DNA of 64,000 nt from an uncultured delta proteobacterium (GTDB lineage: Bacteria > Desulfobacterota > Syntrophia > Syntrophales > UBA2185). Of the stretch, positions 30,324 to 39,670 are shown one piece after another. How positions within the stretch are numbered: position 1 is the stretch's first letter; every line of letters begins with the position of its first letter. The stretch spans positions 196,974 to 260,973 of the forward strand of contig OY970063.1 in the NCBI GenBank assembly GCA_963705275.1, written 5' to 3'. Made by a program: the position numbers and the translations under genes. Under the pieces are notes generated by a model. The model ran no database searches. It had not been told where the DNA came from and saw only the letters and a list, made by a program, of their open reading frames with translations.

Positions 30324-30440
30324 GGGCTACCTCATCATAAATTGGTCAATAATTATATATGCTAATGCTCAAGCACGGAAAAAACAGGCTCGATGCTATC
30401 ATGCGATTTTCTCAATTGCAATAATTTTTAGTGACTGCAA

Positions 30441-31685
30441 TTACTGCCTTTGGAGGAACAGATTAGCATACACTTTGGCATTTCCCACCATGTTCGAAAT
30501 GAGGCAGTTTTCGTTGGGTTGATGGGCTGTATGCTGCATTCTTGACCACACGGCTGCAGGGTAGTTATTTTCGCGAAAAATTGCAGCAATAGTCCCTCCA
30601 CCTATCCCCTGAGGAGCTGCATCCATGTCATATACGTGTCTGATGGCTGTCTTAAGGGCTGTGACAACAGGCGCATCATGCGGCGTTGGAGGCGGGGCCT
30701 GAACTTCCTGAACGGTCGTGATCTCGATTGATACATCAAATCGCCTTTCGATCTCATTTGCCATCTCCCTGATTTCATGGAGTACATCAGATAGGCGATA
30801 CTGAGGAAGGACCCTGCTGTCCATATAGAAGACATCGTCTCCGGGAATAGTGTTGATGTTGGGGATATTGGGCTCCTTTTTTGTTGGTTGAAAGGTGCTT
30901 GTCTGTGGCTCGTAAAATGCGTCGGAAGCATTGAAAATATGATGAAGTCCGTCTAGTAAAACTACAAGATGAGATGCCGCTTGGAATGCATTTATTCCCA
31001 GACCAGGTCTGCTGGCATGACACTGTTTGCCGATTGTCGTGAAGCGCAGCCACAGGATGCTTTTCTCCGCTATCTCAATCATCGTTCCTTCTTCGTTTCC
31101 AGAATCCGGAATCACGATGAGATCTGTTTTACGAAATGGATTCATTTCATGTTGCAGGATGAAGGATAAACCGAAATGGCTTGCCGTTTCTTCATCAGCA
31201 ACAAATACCAAGCCTATTGTAGATTCCGGTATAACGCCTTCATCTAAGAAGGCCTTCGCTGCAAATATAGATGACACTAGATCCTGCTGGTTATCTTCCG
31301 TGCCCCTCCCATAGATTCTGCCGTCCTTTACATAACATCTGAAGGGATCCTCATGCCATAATTTGCGTTCTCCAGGCGGCACAACATCCATATGTGTCAT
31401 AATCCAGACAGTCCTTCCGGGATTATTGCCGGGTATCGTAACGATGAGGTTGGGCCGGATGCCGGAGGAAGTCCTGCTATCCGGTGCATTGATTTGGACA
31501 ACATGAGGGAAATTCATCAAACTGAGATATTTCAAAATTAGTTGAGCCTTACTAAATTCTCCATCACCTTCATTATCGGGAGACATGGCGGGAATGGCAG
31601 TTAAATCGTATTGCATTGCGATCATCGCATCCCTGTAGGAATCGATCCGACTTATAACTCTTTGCAATGGTGTTGCATCACTCAC
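30441..31685 (-). CDS. M20 family metallopeptidase/deacylase (ArgE/DapE-like)
   Basis: 414 aa. HMDVVPPG, GRGTEDNQQ and VADEE are typical M20 metal-ligand segments. There is no signal peptide. Confidence 0.85.
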   Translation of the reverse strand: MSDATPLQRVISRIDSYRDAMIAMQYDLTAIPAMSPDNEGDGEFSKAQLILKYLSLMNFPHVVQINAPDSRTSSGIRPNLIVTIPGNNPGRTVWIMTHMDVVPPGERKLWHEDPFRCYVKDGRIYGRGTEDNQQDLVSSIFAAKAFLDEGVIPESTIGLVFVADEETASHFGLSFILQHEMNPFRKTDLIVIPDSGNEEGTMIEIAEKSILWLRFTTIGKQCHASRPGLGINAFQAASHLVVLLDGLHHIFNASDAFYEPQTSTFQPTKKEPNIPNINTIPGDDVFYMDSRVLPQYRLSDVLHEIREMANEIERRFDVSIEITTVQEVQAPPPTPHDAPVVTALKTAIRHVYDMDAAPQGIGGGTIAAIFRENNYPAAVWSRMQHTAHQPNENCLISNMVGNAKVYANLFLQRQ

Positions 31686-31687
31686 AA

Positions 31688-33118
31688 CTACTCCTCTATC
31701 CTGGAAACATTTTTAAAGGTGGCAAGTATCTGGTTATAAGCGTTTTCATTGCCTAAAATGAAGGTTACGGTTTCATCTGCCGAGAGATATTTATTAGCCA
31801 CTTTCTTCAGATCTTCCAGCTGAACCTTAGCTATCTTGTCTCTGTAGGTGGCGAGATAATCCGGAGGTAGTCCGTCGTATTCAATCATTAATTGCTGGTG
31901 AGCAATCTGATCCGCAGATTGAAACGAGAAAATGAAGTTGTTACTAATAGACTTTGTCGCCCAGGCAAGCACTTTTTTATCAACTGATTTTGTTTTCGCA
32001 TCATCTATAATTGACCGCAGGAGCGAAAGCACTGTGGCCGTCGATGCAGATTTCGTCATTGCATAGGCCCCAAAAACCCCATAGTCGCTTCTTACCGTAT
32101 AAAAGCTCCCCGTACTGTAAGCGAGCCCGCGGCTATTTCTTATTTCCTGAAAGATTCTGGATTTGAAACCGCCGCTTCCGACTATGAAATCAAGGACCTC
32201 AAATGGATATGTGTCTAGGTCCTTCTTTCCAGGTGCAAGACTAGCACAGATGATTATGGACTGAGGAGTATCCTTTGCGAGAAAATAGATACGCCCTTTT
32301 TGCTTTGCAGGTATGGGAGGAACGAAATTACACTTCCTGGACTCAATCCACGATCCGAGATATTGTTTAGCTTTGGCGGCGGCCTGTTCTTTTGAAATGT
32401 CTCCCGTGATCGATATCATAATGTTTTCCGGATAAAAGAAGCGTCTGTGAAACTCTATCAGGTCATCTCTCTTGATATTATTTACAGATATAGTTGAAGG
32501 AAATCTCCCGGCAGGGTTGTTCCGGTAAAGAACTCGCTTAAATTCCCTGAAGGCCAGTTTCTTGGGATCATCAGCTATTCTTCTGAGTTCTTCGATCAGC
32601 AAATTCTTTGACAGTTTCAGTTTGTTTTCTTCAAAGGCGGGCTTTGTGATTATTTGTGAAAAGATATCTAATCCTTCGTCTAAATCATTCTTGAGAATGG
32701 AGAGGTTGATTGACGCGGAATCACGGTTCATGGACACATGAAGTGAACCGGCGAAGAAATCCAATGCCTCGTCAAGAGCGTCGCCGGTGAGAGCGTTAGT
32801 CCCTCCTGTCCGCATTACCTTACCCGTAAGTTCAGCGAGTCCCTCCTTCCCAAGGGGGTCGTAATTGGAGCCGGTTCGTACGACGGCTGATATATTTAAG
32901 AGAGGGAGCTCATGATCCTCAAAAACATAAAGGATGATCCCGTTTTCTAGAAGCAGCCTTTCTGCCCGTGGCGGTGCAAAAGAAATTGGCTGATATTTAA
33001 GCTCATCTGGTTTTGGGAGCGGGACATGGCCGCGTTCTGTTGCGGGGGCGATTGTGCTGTATAACAGGCACAATGGCATAATGGAGATCAATATGAGGCG
33101 TGGAATCAGATTATTCAT
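31688..33118 (-). CDS. M16 (pitrilysin/insulinase) family protein, probably the non-catalytic partner subunit
   Basis: Signal peptide MNNLIPRLILISIMPLCLLYS... The position of the HxxEH motif is occupied by GLAELTGKVM (no His). It starts 4 nt after the stop of the upstream M16 gene. ATG 33118 is preferred over 33199. Confidence 0.85.
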   Translation of the reverse strand: MNNLIPRLILISIMPLCLLYSTIAPATERGHVPLPKPDELKYQPISFAPPRAERLLLENGIILYVFEDHELPLLNISAVVRTGSNYDPLGKEGLAELTGKVMRTGGTNALTGDALDEALDFFAGSLHVSMNRDSASINLSILKNDLDEGLDIFSQIITKPAFEENKLKLSKNLLIEELRRIADDPKKLAFREFKRVLYRNNPAGRFPSTISVNNIKRDDLIEFHRRFFYPENIMISITGDISKEQAAAKAKQYLGSWIESRKCNFVPPIPAKQKGRIYFLAKDTPQSIIICASLAPGKKDLDTYPFEVLDFIVGSGGFKSRIFQEIRNSRGLAYSTGSFYTVRSDYGVFGAYAMTKSASTATVLSLLRSIIDDAKTKSVDKKVLAWATKSISNNFIFSFQSADQIAHQQLMIEYDGLPPDYLATYRDKIAKVQLEDLKKVANKYLSADETVTFILGNENAYNQILATFKNVSRIEE

Positions 33119-33122
33119 ACAT

Positions 33123-34631
33123 CTAATTCTTATAGACGAGCTTCGCCACAGTCCTGTTATCAGGAGTAAGATATTTTTTTGCGACACGCACAATATCATC
33201 AGATGTGACCCGTTCGATCACTTTGACATGATCCATTATATACTTGTAACTGCCGGTTACGGCCTCAAAAAAAGACAACATATTCGCCAGGCCGGAATTG
33301 GAATTTAGACTTCTCATAAAATCAGCCTTGATCTGATTCTTAACCTTTTGCAATTCTCTTTCAGGAACAGTTCTGGTCTTTAGTTTTTCAATTTCGTCGT
33401 AGATGGCAGATTCGAGTTCGGCGCTGGTATGCGGATGACGGGGCTTCGCAAATATTGCGAAGAGATTATTATATTTTGGCCCCGGCAGACCGTTGACTGC
33501 GTGCACACTTTCAGCAAATGTTCTTTCTTCGACAAGAGCCTTATGAAATCTCGATGTCCTTCCCTTGGAGAGGATGCATTCAATTATATCAAAGACATAG
33601 TCATCATACTCCGGCATAGACGGTTTATGATAGCCTATGATCATCTGAGGATTTGCATCGGAGACTATATCGACGCGCCGTTCACCCTTTTGAGGAGGCT
33701 CTTCCGTGACAGGCGAAGGATCTAAATGACGCCTCGGTATGGCGCCAAAATACTTCTTGATAATCTTTAGGGTATTGGCGGGATCGATGTCGCCTACAAT
33801 TGCAATTATCGTGTTATTCGGTGCATGGTATTTCCTGAAAAAGGCTTCCGTATAATCGAGGTTCAAGAACTTCATATCCGAGGGCCAGCCGAGAACGGGC
33901 CGCCTGTATGGATGGGCAACGTATGCGGCGGCTAGAAATTGCTCGTATAGCTGGCCCTCCGGGTCCGATTCAATCCGCTGCTTGCGCTCCTCGATGACAA
34001 CTTTACGTTCGGAATAGAATTCGCGAAAGACAGGCTCTGTCATCCGATCTGCCTCGACCCTTGCCCAGAGTTCGATCTTATTAGAAGGAAGGCTCACATG
34101 ATACGTCGTGAGGTCCTGTCCAGTGGACGCATTCACATTATCTCCACCGTTTTCCACGTAGAGTCTGTCAATTTCATTCTCCACAAACCACTTTTTATGC
34201 GTCTTTTGCAGAGCCTCCATCCGCTCGGTCAATGCTTGGATGCGCTCTTCATCCGCTTTTTCGCCCTTCATCATTTCGAAATCAAGTTTTCTGCCCGTTT
34301 GCGCAATTAATTTCAGAATTTTACGCTCTTGGTGGTAGTTCTTCGTACCGATTGTTCTTGTTCCCTTAAACAGCATGTGTTCCAGGAGATGGGCAGTACC
34401 GGTTCTTCCATCTCTTTCGTCTACGGCGCCCACCCGGTGCCTGATATAGAATGAAACTGTGGGACTTAAATGTCTCTCCACCATGACAATTCTCAGACCG
34501 TTTTTCAGGGTATAGGAGATGACCCTGTTTCCCATTTCATATGAAGATACCGCGGAGGGCATGATGATAATAAGAAGGACAGATGCAATAACGCGCGTCA
34601 ATATTCCCATGGTCTTATATATCATTTTCAT
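33123..34631 (-). CDS. M16 family zinc peptidase (catalytic, HxxEH)
   Basis: Signal-like N-terminus and the inverted zinc motif GTAHLLEHMLFKGT. 502 aa. An alternative start at ATG 34610 would remove the overlap with the small upstream ORF. Confidence 0.9.
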   Translation of the reverse strand: MKMIYKTMGILTRVIASVLLIIIMPSAVSSYEMGNRVISYTLKNGLRIVMVERHLSPTVSFYIRHRVGAVDERDGRTGTAHLLEHMLFKGTRTIGTKNYHQERKILKLIAQTGRKLDFEMMKGEKADEERIQALTERMEALQKTHKKWFVENEIDRLYVENGGDNVNASTGQDLTTYHVSLPSNKIELWARVEADRMTEPVFREFYSERKVVIEERKQRIESDPEGQLYEQFLAAAYVAHPYRRPVLGWPSDMKFLNLDYTEAFFRKYHAPNNTIIAIVGDIDPANTLKIIKKYFGAIPRRHLDPSPVTEEPPQKGERRVDIVSDANPQMIIGYHKPSMPEYDDYVFDIIECILSKGRTSRFHKALVEERTFAESVHAVNGLPGPKYNNLFAIFAKPRHPHTSAELESAIYDEIEKLKTRTVPERELQKVKNQIKADFMRSLNSNSGLANMLSFFEAVTGSYKYIMDHVKVIERVTSDDIVRVAKKYLTPDNRTVAKLVYKN

Positions 34632-34854
34632 CCGTCTTGTTTGGTTTTAATATAGCCCGTATGCGAAAAAAAGGGTAGATGATGCCCACCACGCTGATTA
34701 GTATGATGAGACTTGATGAAAAAAAATACATGATGAACTCGAGAGGATTCTTCGTGCCGTACGCAGTTATGAGAGCGTTGATGCCGAATGCTAAGAAAAA
34801 AAGCGATAAGAAGGCTATGATAATATTCTTTACCCACCACACCCGTGAACCCAT
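34615..34854 (-). CDS. Small (79 aa) two-transmembrane-helix membrane protein, hypothetical
   Basis: Two hydrophobic helices (NIIIAFLSLFFLAFGINALI and MYFFSSSLIILISVVGIIYPFF), GGAG 8 nt upstream of the ATG, and tight packing between the MORN and M16 genes. I recognise no homology. Confidence 0.5.
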   Translation of the reverse strand: MGSRVWWVKNIIIAFLSLFFLAFGINALITAYGTKNPLEFIMYFFSSSLIILISVVGIIYPFFRIRAILKPNKTDENDI

Positions 34855-34913
34855 GAAACCGCTCCCACATTCAAATAGAAAGAAATTTTCCTGCTACGGC
34901 TAATAATGTATCT

Positions 34914-35507
34914 TCACTTCCCAACAACAATCTTAAAGGCATTTATGCCTGTTTGTTCCACTGTTTGCTTCCTGCCGTCCGGGTCTGTCAGAATGCCTCT
35001 GTCATAGAGCTTATCGTTCTTGAATTCTCCTTCTATTTTTCGCCCATCCGGGAAAAGCACTACGCAATGACCATTCAACAAATTGTCTTGAAATTGTCCG
35101 ACATACTTAATACCATCGGCAAAGAGCAATACTCCGGCTCCGCTTCGCTTGTCGTCTTTGAATTGTCCTTCATATTTTAATCCGTCGGCATAGAGTAATA
35201 CCCCGGTTCCATTACGCTTGCCGTTCTTGAATTCACCTTCGTATTTTTCACCATGAGGAACAGTATAGACGCCTCGTCCGTCAAAATTGCTATCTTTAAA
35301 TTGACCAACGTACTTTGTACCATCGGTGAACGTGTAAGTTCCCTGTCCCTCGCGTTTTCCATCTTTATGTTGACCCTCATAGACCGAACCGTCGAGATGG
35401 ACATATGTCCCTTCACCATTCTCACAATTTCCCTTGATGCAGCCGGCATACGCATCGGTATGCATGAACGCACACAGATAAGCCAGCAGGAATAAATAGA
35501 TTCTCAT
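34914..35507 (-). CDS. Secreted MORN-repeat protein
   Basis: Signal peptide MRIYLFLLAYLCAFMHTDAYA, then six to seven 23-aa MORN units (Y[EV]G[QE]FK[DN]xKRxGxGxxxxxDGxK). ATG 35507 with AGGAGG upstream. Confidence 0.85.
   Translation of the reverse strand: MRIYLFLLAYLCAFMHTDAYAGCIKGNCENGEGTYVHLDGSVYEGQHKDGKREGQGTYTFTDGTKYVGQFKDSNFDGRGVYTVPHGEKYEGEFKNGKRNGTGVLLYADGLKYEGQFKDDKRSGAGVLLFADGIKYVGQFQDNLLNGHCVVLFPDGRKIEGEFKNDKLYDRGILTDPDGRKQTVEQTGINAFKIVVGK
34937..35420 (-). repeat. Tandem 69-bp (23-codon) coding repeats encoding the MORN units
   Basis: Periodicity is visible in the translation: YEGQHKDGKREGQGTYTFTDGTK / YVGQFKDSNFDGRGVYTVPHGEK / YEGEFKNGKRNGTGVLLYADGLK / YEGQFKDDKRSGAGVLLFADGIK / YVGQFQDNLLNGHCVVLFPDGRK / IEGEFKNDKLYDRGILTDPDGRK. 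Confidence 0.8.
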
Positions 35508-35572
35508 CTCGCCTCCTATCTTGCAGCTGAAGTACACGTAACACGATTTCAACTGCGAAACAACGTCAAATA

Positions 35573-36934
35573 TCAGTGCGTTCGTGTCATCATCTTTAAG
35601 TTTTCATAGAGTTCAGGCGTTAATCTTTCGCTCCTGCACGGAAGCAACGAGTTGTTCTGAAAGAGTGGTTCGCCTCTCAGGTCAAAACATGATCCGTTTA
35701 CTGCTGATTCCCAGAGCGCCGTTCCCGGGATGGGAGAATATTCCGCAATGATCGGTCTTGCCCCATGAGATTGCACATAGCGTATACTGTCCCTCACTTC
35801 CGTAGCCTCCTGTCCAGGTAAGCCGCACAGGATATAGATACCGATATCCCCTGATTTATAGCCGGCATCCGTAAGGCAGCGGACCGCCTCTCGCAGTTGT
35901 TCATTATTGACTTTGCCTCCGGTAGATGACTGTATCATCGGGTTGGATGATTCAAAGCCGAAACGAATAGTAGCAAAACCCGCCATACGCATTAACTTGC
36001 TTAACTTTGGAGTGATTTGAGACATGTGGAGGCCGTTCGGACAGTGAAATTGACATGCTAATCTCCTTCTGATTATTTCAGTAAGCATTGGAATTACCAT
36101 TTCTTCAGGGTTCACCAGAAGTGCATCATCGTAAATCGAAAACTGACTGACGCCGAATTGCTTATGCCAGAAGTCGATCTCATTAACTACCTTTGCAGGG
36201 TCGCGCTGTTTAAATTTATCAGTCAATAGGTGTGAGGCGCAATACGCGCAGTTGTAAGGACAGCCTCTCGATGTCAAAATGGGAAACTGGTCCTTAAGAG
36301 GCAGGAGATCCAGGGCAGGGTAGGGTATTGAATCCAAATCATCCGGATCTGGCACATAGACCGGATCATCGCCAAAAAAATCGCGCAGTAAGACAGGGAT
36401 ATGTCTTTCGCCTGCGCCGGCTATAGTGATGTCGGCTCCCGACCGGAGCGCATGCTCAGGACACAGTGTTGTATATATTCCGCCCAGGACAATCGGGATA
36501 TCTGGAAATGTTTGCTTCGTAATTCTTATGACTTCAAAGACACCGGGGTACCAGTAAGTCATCACAGACGTTACAAGAATCAAATCAGGAGTGACCGATG
36601 ATTTTAATTCTTCAGTAAAGACAGCGGGCGTTATACCGTATCTCTTATAGTTTCTCCTAATCTCTCTAAGCGAGTGCGGCTTGGGAATTCTCTCTTGGGG
36701 AAATTTGCCATGACCTGTGATGTCCCTCTTGATAAGCTTTGCGCCTTCATTACATCTTATTTGAGAATGACGGGCATTCAGGCAATCGATAAAATGAATA
36801 TGATAGCCATTCTTACGAAATAGACTCGCCAGATAGAGAAGACCCAGCGGTTTTATCCAGAAGTCATAGGCGGCAAAGTCGTATATCCACGGATTGATGA
36901 GAAGGATGTTCTTTTCATTATATGAAGCCATCAT
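35573..36934 (-). CDS. B12-binding-domain-type (class B-like) radical SAM protein, function unknown
   Basis: 453 aa. N-terminal Rossmann-like domain (ILLINPWIYDFAAYDFWIKPLGLLYLAS...) followed by the canonical CX3CX2C motif (TSRGCPYNCAYCAS). Confidence 0.85.
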   Translation of the reverse strand: MMASYNEKNILLINPWIYDFAAYDFWIKPLGLLYLASLFRKNGYHIHFIDCLNARHSQIRCNEGAKLIKRDITGHGKFPQERIPKPHSLREIRRNYKRYGITPAVFTEELKSSVTPDLILVTSVMTYWYPGVFEVIRITKQTFPDIPIVLGGIYTTLCPEHALRSGADITIAGAGERHIPVLLRDFFGDDPVYVPDPDDLDSIPYPALDLLPLKDQFPILTSRGCPYNCAYCASHLLTDKFKQRDPAKVVNEIDFWHKQFGVSQFSIYDDALLVNPEEMVIPMLTEIIRRRLACQFHCPNGLHMSQITPKLSKLMRMAGFATIRFGFESSNPMIQSSTGGKVNNEQLREAVRCLTDAGYKSGDIGIYILCGLPGQEATEVRDSIRYVQSHGARPIIAEYSPIPGTALWESAVNGSCFDLRGEPLFQNNSLLPCRSERLTPELYENLKMMTRTH

Positions 36935-37066
36935 GTGTTACTGCTTATATAATGTTTGCAGCTATAAAACAATATAATCTCGTCTCTTATTGGTAAATGC
37001 CGAGAAAAGACTTGAAGCAACAATTGAATATTGCTAACATCCCGGGTCACGGAGAAATAAGATAAT

Positions 37067-37516
37067 ATGAGATGCGTCATTCAGCGGGTCGATAGGGCGC
37101 GAGTGATTGTTGACGGACAGATAATATCGAGTATAGGGAAAGGAGTACTCGTCTTTCTGGGCATAGAAAAGGGAGACGTTTATCGCGATGCGGATTTTCT
37201 CCTTGAAAAAATAATTCAATTAAGGATATTTGAAGATTCACAGAGGAAGCTGAATCTGTCTCTTCTCGAGACATCGGGAGACATTCTTATCGTGTCTCAG
37301 TTCACGCTCCTGGCCGATTGTCGAAAGGGTAGGCGACCCTCTTTCATCTCCGCTGAGGAACCGGAGGAAGCAAAAAGACTCTATGACTACTTCGTCAGCA
37401 TGGCTGGCGAACGGATCAACCATGTCGGTACTGGTGAATTTCAGGCCATGATGAAGGTAGAATCGGTAAACGATGGTCCTGTCACGATGCTGCTCGACAG
37501 CAGAAAGACATTTTGA
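37067..37516 (+). CDS. dtd: D-aminoacyl-tRNA deacylase
   Basis: 149 aa. MRCVIQRV..., GVLVFLGIEKGD, and SQFTLLAD...GRRPSF, the hallmark of Dtd. Confidence 0.95.
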   Translation: MRCVIQRVDRARVIVDGQIISSIGKGVLVFLGIEKGDVYRDADFLLEKIIQLRIFEDSQRKLNLSLLETSGDILIVSQFTLLADCRKGRRPSFISAEEPEEAKRLYDYFVSMAGERINHVGTGEFQAMMKVESVNDGPVTMLLDSRKTF

Positions 37517-37522
37517 ATAAGA

Positions 37523-38008
37523 ATGAGCCAAGGAACCATGGAGAAGGATATCCCCCCTTGCAATATAAGAATAGACAAAGAAGGAGTCTGGTATTTCAAG
37601 GGCAATGAAATCTTCAGGGATGAGATCGTAAAATACTTCTACCAAAATATGAAGAAAGATGAAGCAGGCAGATATTTGATTGAACTTGAGGACGACTGCT
37701 GCTATCTGGAAGTGGAGGACGCCCCTTTTATCGTAAGATCAGCGCATAGATGCGCTGCTGAAGCAGGAAATGAAGAATGCATTCATCTTCTCCTGTCAGA
37801 TCACAGCGTTGAGAAACTCAATCCGGATTCTCTATGGGCAGGAAAGGACAATGTGCTTTATTGTTCGGTTAAGAATGACGCTTTTATTGCACGTTTTTCA
37901 AGGGCAAGTTATTATCAAATCGCAGACTTCATAGAATATGGTGATGGCGAAAACGAGTACTTTATTTCACTCAACGGCAAAAATTTCTACATAACGACTG
38001 TATTGTGA
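37523..38008 (+). CDS. DUF1285-like conserved hypothetical protein
   Basis: 161 aa. IRIDKEGVWYFKGNEIFRDEIVKYFY...DEAGRYLIEL...VEDAPFIV resembles the DUF1285 family pattern as I recall it. Confidence 0.7.
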   Translation: MSQGTMEKDIPPCNIRIDKEGVWYFKGNEIFRDEIVKYFYQNMKKDEAGRYLIELEDDCCYLEVEDAPFIVRSAHRCAAEAGNEECIHLLLSDHSVEKLNPDSLWAGKDNVLYCSVKNDAFIARFSRASYYQIADFIEYGDGENEYFISLNGKNFYITTVL

Positions 38009-38035
38009 TATATATAATACATATGGAGACGCGCC

Positions 38036-39496
38036 ATGCTGGATGATCATGTAAAAGAGACATTGACATTTGACGACCTTCTTCTCGTGCCTTGCGAATC
38101 GAGCATTCTTCCTAAAGACGCAGAAACGTCGACGCTCCTGACCAATAACATTACGCTAAATATTCCTATTGTCAGCGCTGCTATGGATACGGTCACAGAG
38201 TCTGGGACGGCCATATGTCTTGCGCAAGAGGGCGGTATAGGGATCATTCACCGCAACATGAGTATAGACAAACAGGTGATTGAAGTTGACAAAGTGAAGA
38301 AATCGGAGAGCGGCATGATCGTGGATCCGATTACAATTGAGCCTGAGCAGAAGGTTCATGACGCTCTTGAACTCATGAACAAATACAGAATATCGGGAGT
38401 TCCTGTAGTTAAAAATCATAGGCTCGTTGGAATCCTGACAAACAGAGATCTTAGATTCGAGACTAATCTCGATCAGCGAGTCTGTGATGTGATGACGAAA
38501 GATAATCTCGTTACAGTTTCGTCAAGTATAAGCCTGGAAGAGTCTAAGAAACTGCTCCATAAACACAGGATAGAAAAATTACTGGTCGTGGACGATGCAT
38601 ATAACTTAAAGGGAATGATTACCATCAAGGATATAGAGAAGATACGGAGATATCCGAATTCGTGTAAAGATTCGCGCGGTAGGCTGCGAGTTGGTGCCGC
38701 TGTGGGTATCATTGACAGGGAGGCGCGGGTAGACGCCTTATTATCAGCAGGTGTTGATGTAATAGTTATAGATACCTCGCATGGGCATTCTGCAGGTGTT
38801 TTGGATGCCATCAAAGATACGAAGATCAACTTTCCCGCCTGCGAACTGGTTGCCGGTAATGTGGCCACCTCCGAAGGGGCAGAAGCTCTGAGTAAAGCGG
38901 GGGTGGACGCAATCAAGGTGGGAGTGGGGCCCGGATCAATATGCACCACGCGGATAATCGCAGGCGTCGGCATACCGCAGATGAGTGCCATAAGAGATGC
39001 GGCCAAGGTGGCAAATAAATACAGCATCCCCGTCATTTCCGACGGAGGCATCAAGTACTCTGGCGATGTTGTGAAGGCTCTCGCCGCAGGCGCCCACACG
39101 GTGATGATAGGCAGCCTGTTTGCTGGAACAGAAGAAAGCCCGGGAGAGACAATTCTTTTCCAGGGTAGAAGTTACAAGATGTATAGGGGAATGGGTTCCC
39201 TTGAGGCCATGAAAATGGGAAGCATGGATAGGTATTATCAGGATGACATAGAAAGCAGCCTGAAAACTGTTCCGGAAGGCATAGAGGGCAGGGTACCGTT
39301 TAGAGGACCTTTGTCTGCAAGCATAGGCCAGCTCGTGGGCGGCCTGAAGGTTGGCATGGGGTATGTAGGCTGCAGGACAATCAAGGAGCTCAGAGAAAAA
39401 ACGAGGTTCATCCGCATAACGTCTGCGGGGCTTCGCGAAAGCCATGTCCACGATGTAATTATTACCAAAGAAGCGCCAAATTACTGGCTGGACTGA
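38036..39496 (+). CDS. guaB: IMP dehydrogenase
   Basis: 486 aa. TFDDLLLVP, an inserted CBS pair, the catalytic loop [11 protein letters not shown], and [13 protein letters not shown]. Confidence 0.97.
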   Translation: MLDDHVKETLTFDDLLLVPCESSILPKDAETSTLLTNNITLNIPIVSAAMDTVTESGTAICLAQEGGIGIIHRNMSIDKQVIEVDKVKKSESGMIVDPITIEPEQKVHDALELMNKYRISGVPVVKNHRLVGILTNRDLRFETNLDQRVCDVMTKDNLVTVSSSISLEESKKLLHKHRIEKLLVVDDAYNLKGMITIKDIEKIRRYPNSCKDSRGRLRVGAAVGIIDREARVDALLSAGVDVIVIDTSHGHSAGVLDAIKDTKINFPACELVAGNVATSEGAEALSKAGVDAIKVGVGPGSICTTRIIAGVGIPQMSAIRDAAKVANKYSIPVISDGGIKYSGDVVKALAAGAHTVMIGSLFAGTEESPGETILFQGRSYKMYRGMGSLEAMKMGSMDRYYQDDIESSLKTVPEGIEGRVPFRGPLSASIGQLVGGLKVGMGYVGCRTIKELREKTRFIRITSAGLRESHVHDVIITKEAPNYWLD

Positions 39497-39670
39497 CTAA
39501 GTGATGGCATACTAAAGACTCCATATGCTGCGTTGCCTGTTAGCCTTTGCATGTAACGTATCTTTAAAATACGCGCGATTTTCCAAGCATCCCATTGTCT
39601 TGCTTGGAGAGCCTTCACTTGTGATTCCACTTTCCCTGTTATTATAATTTGTCATGAGGTAACCGCTAAA

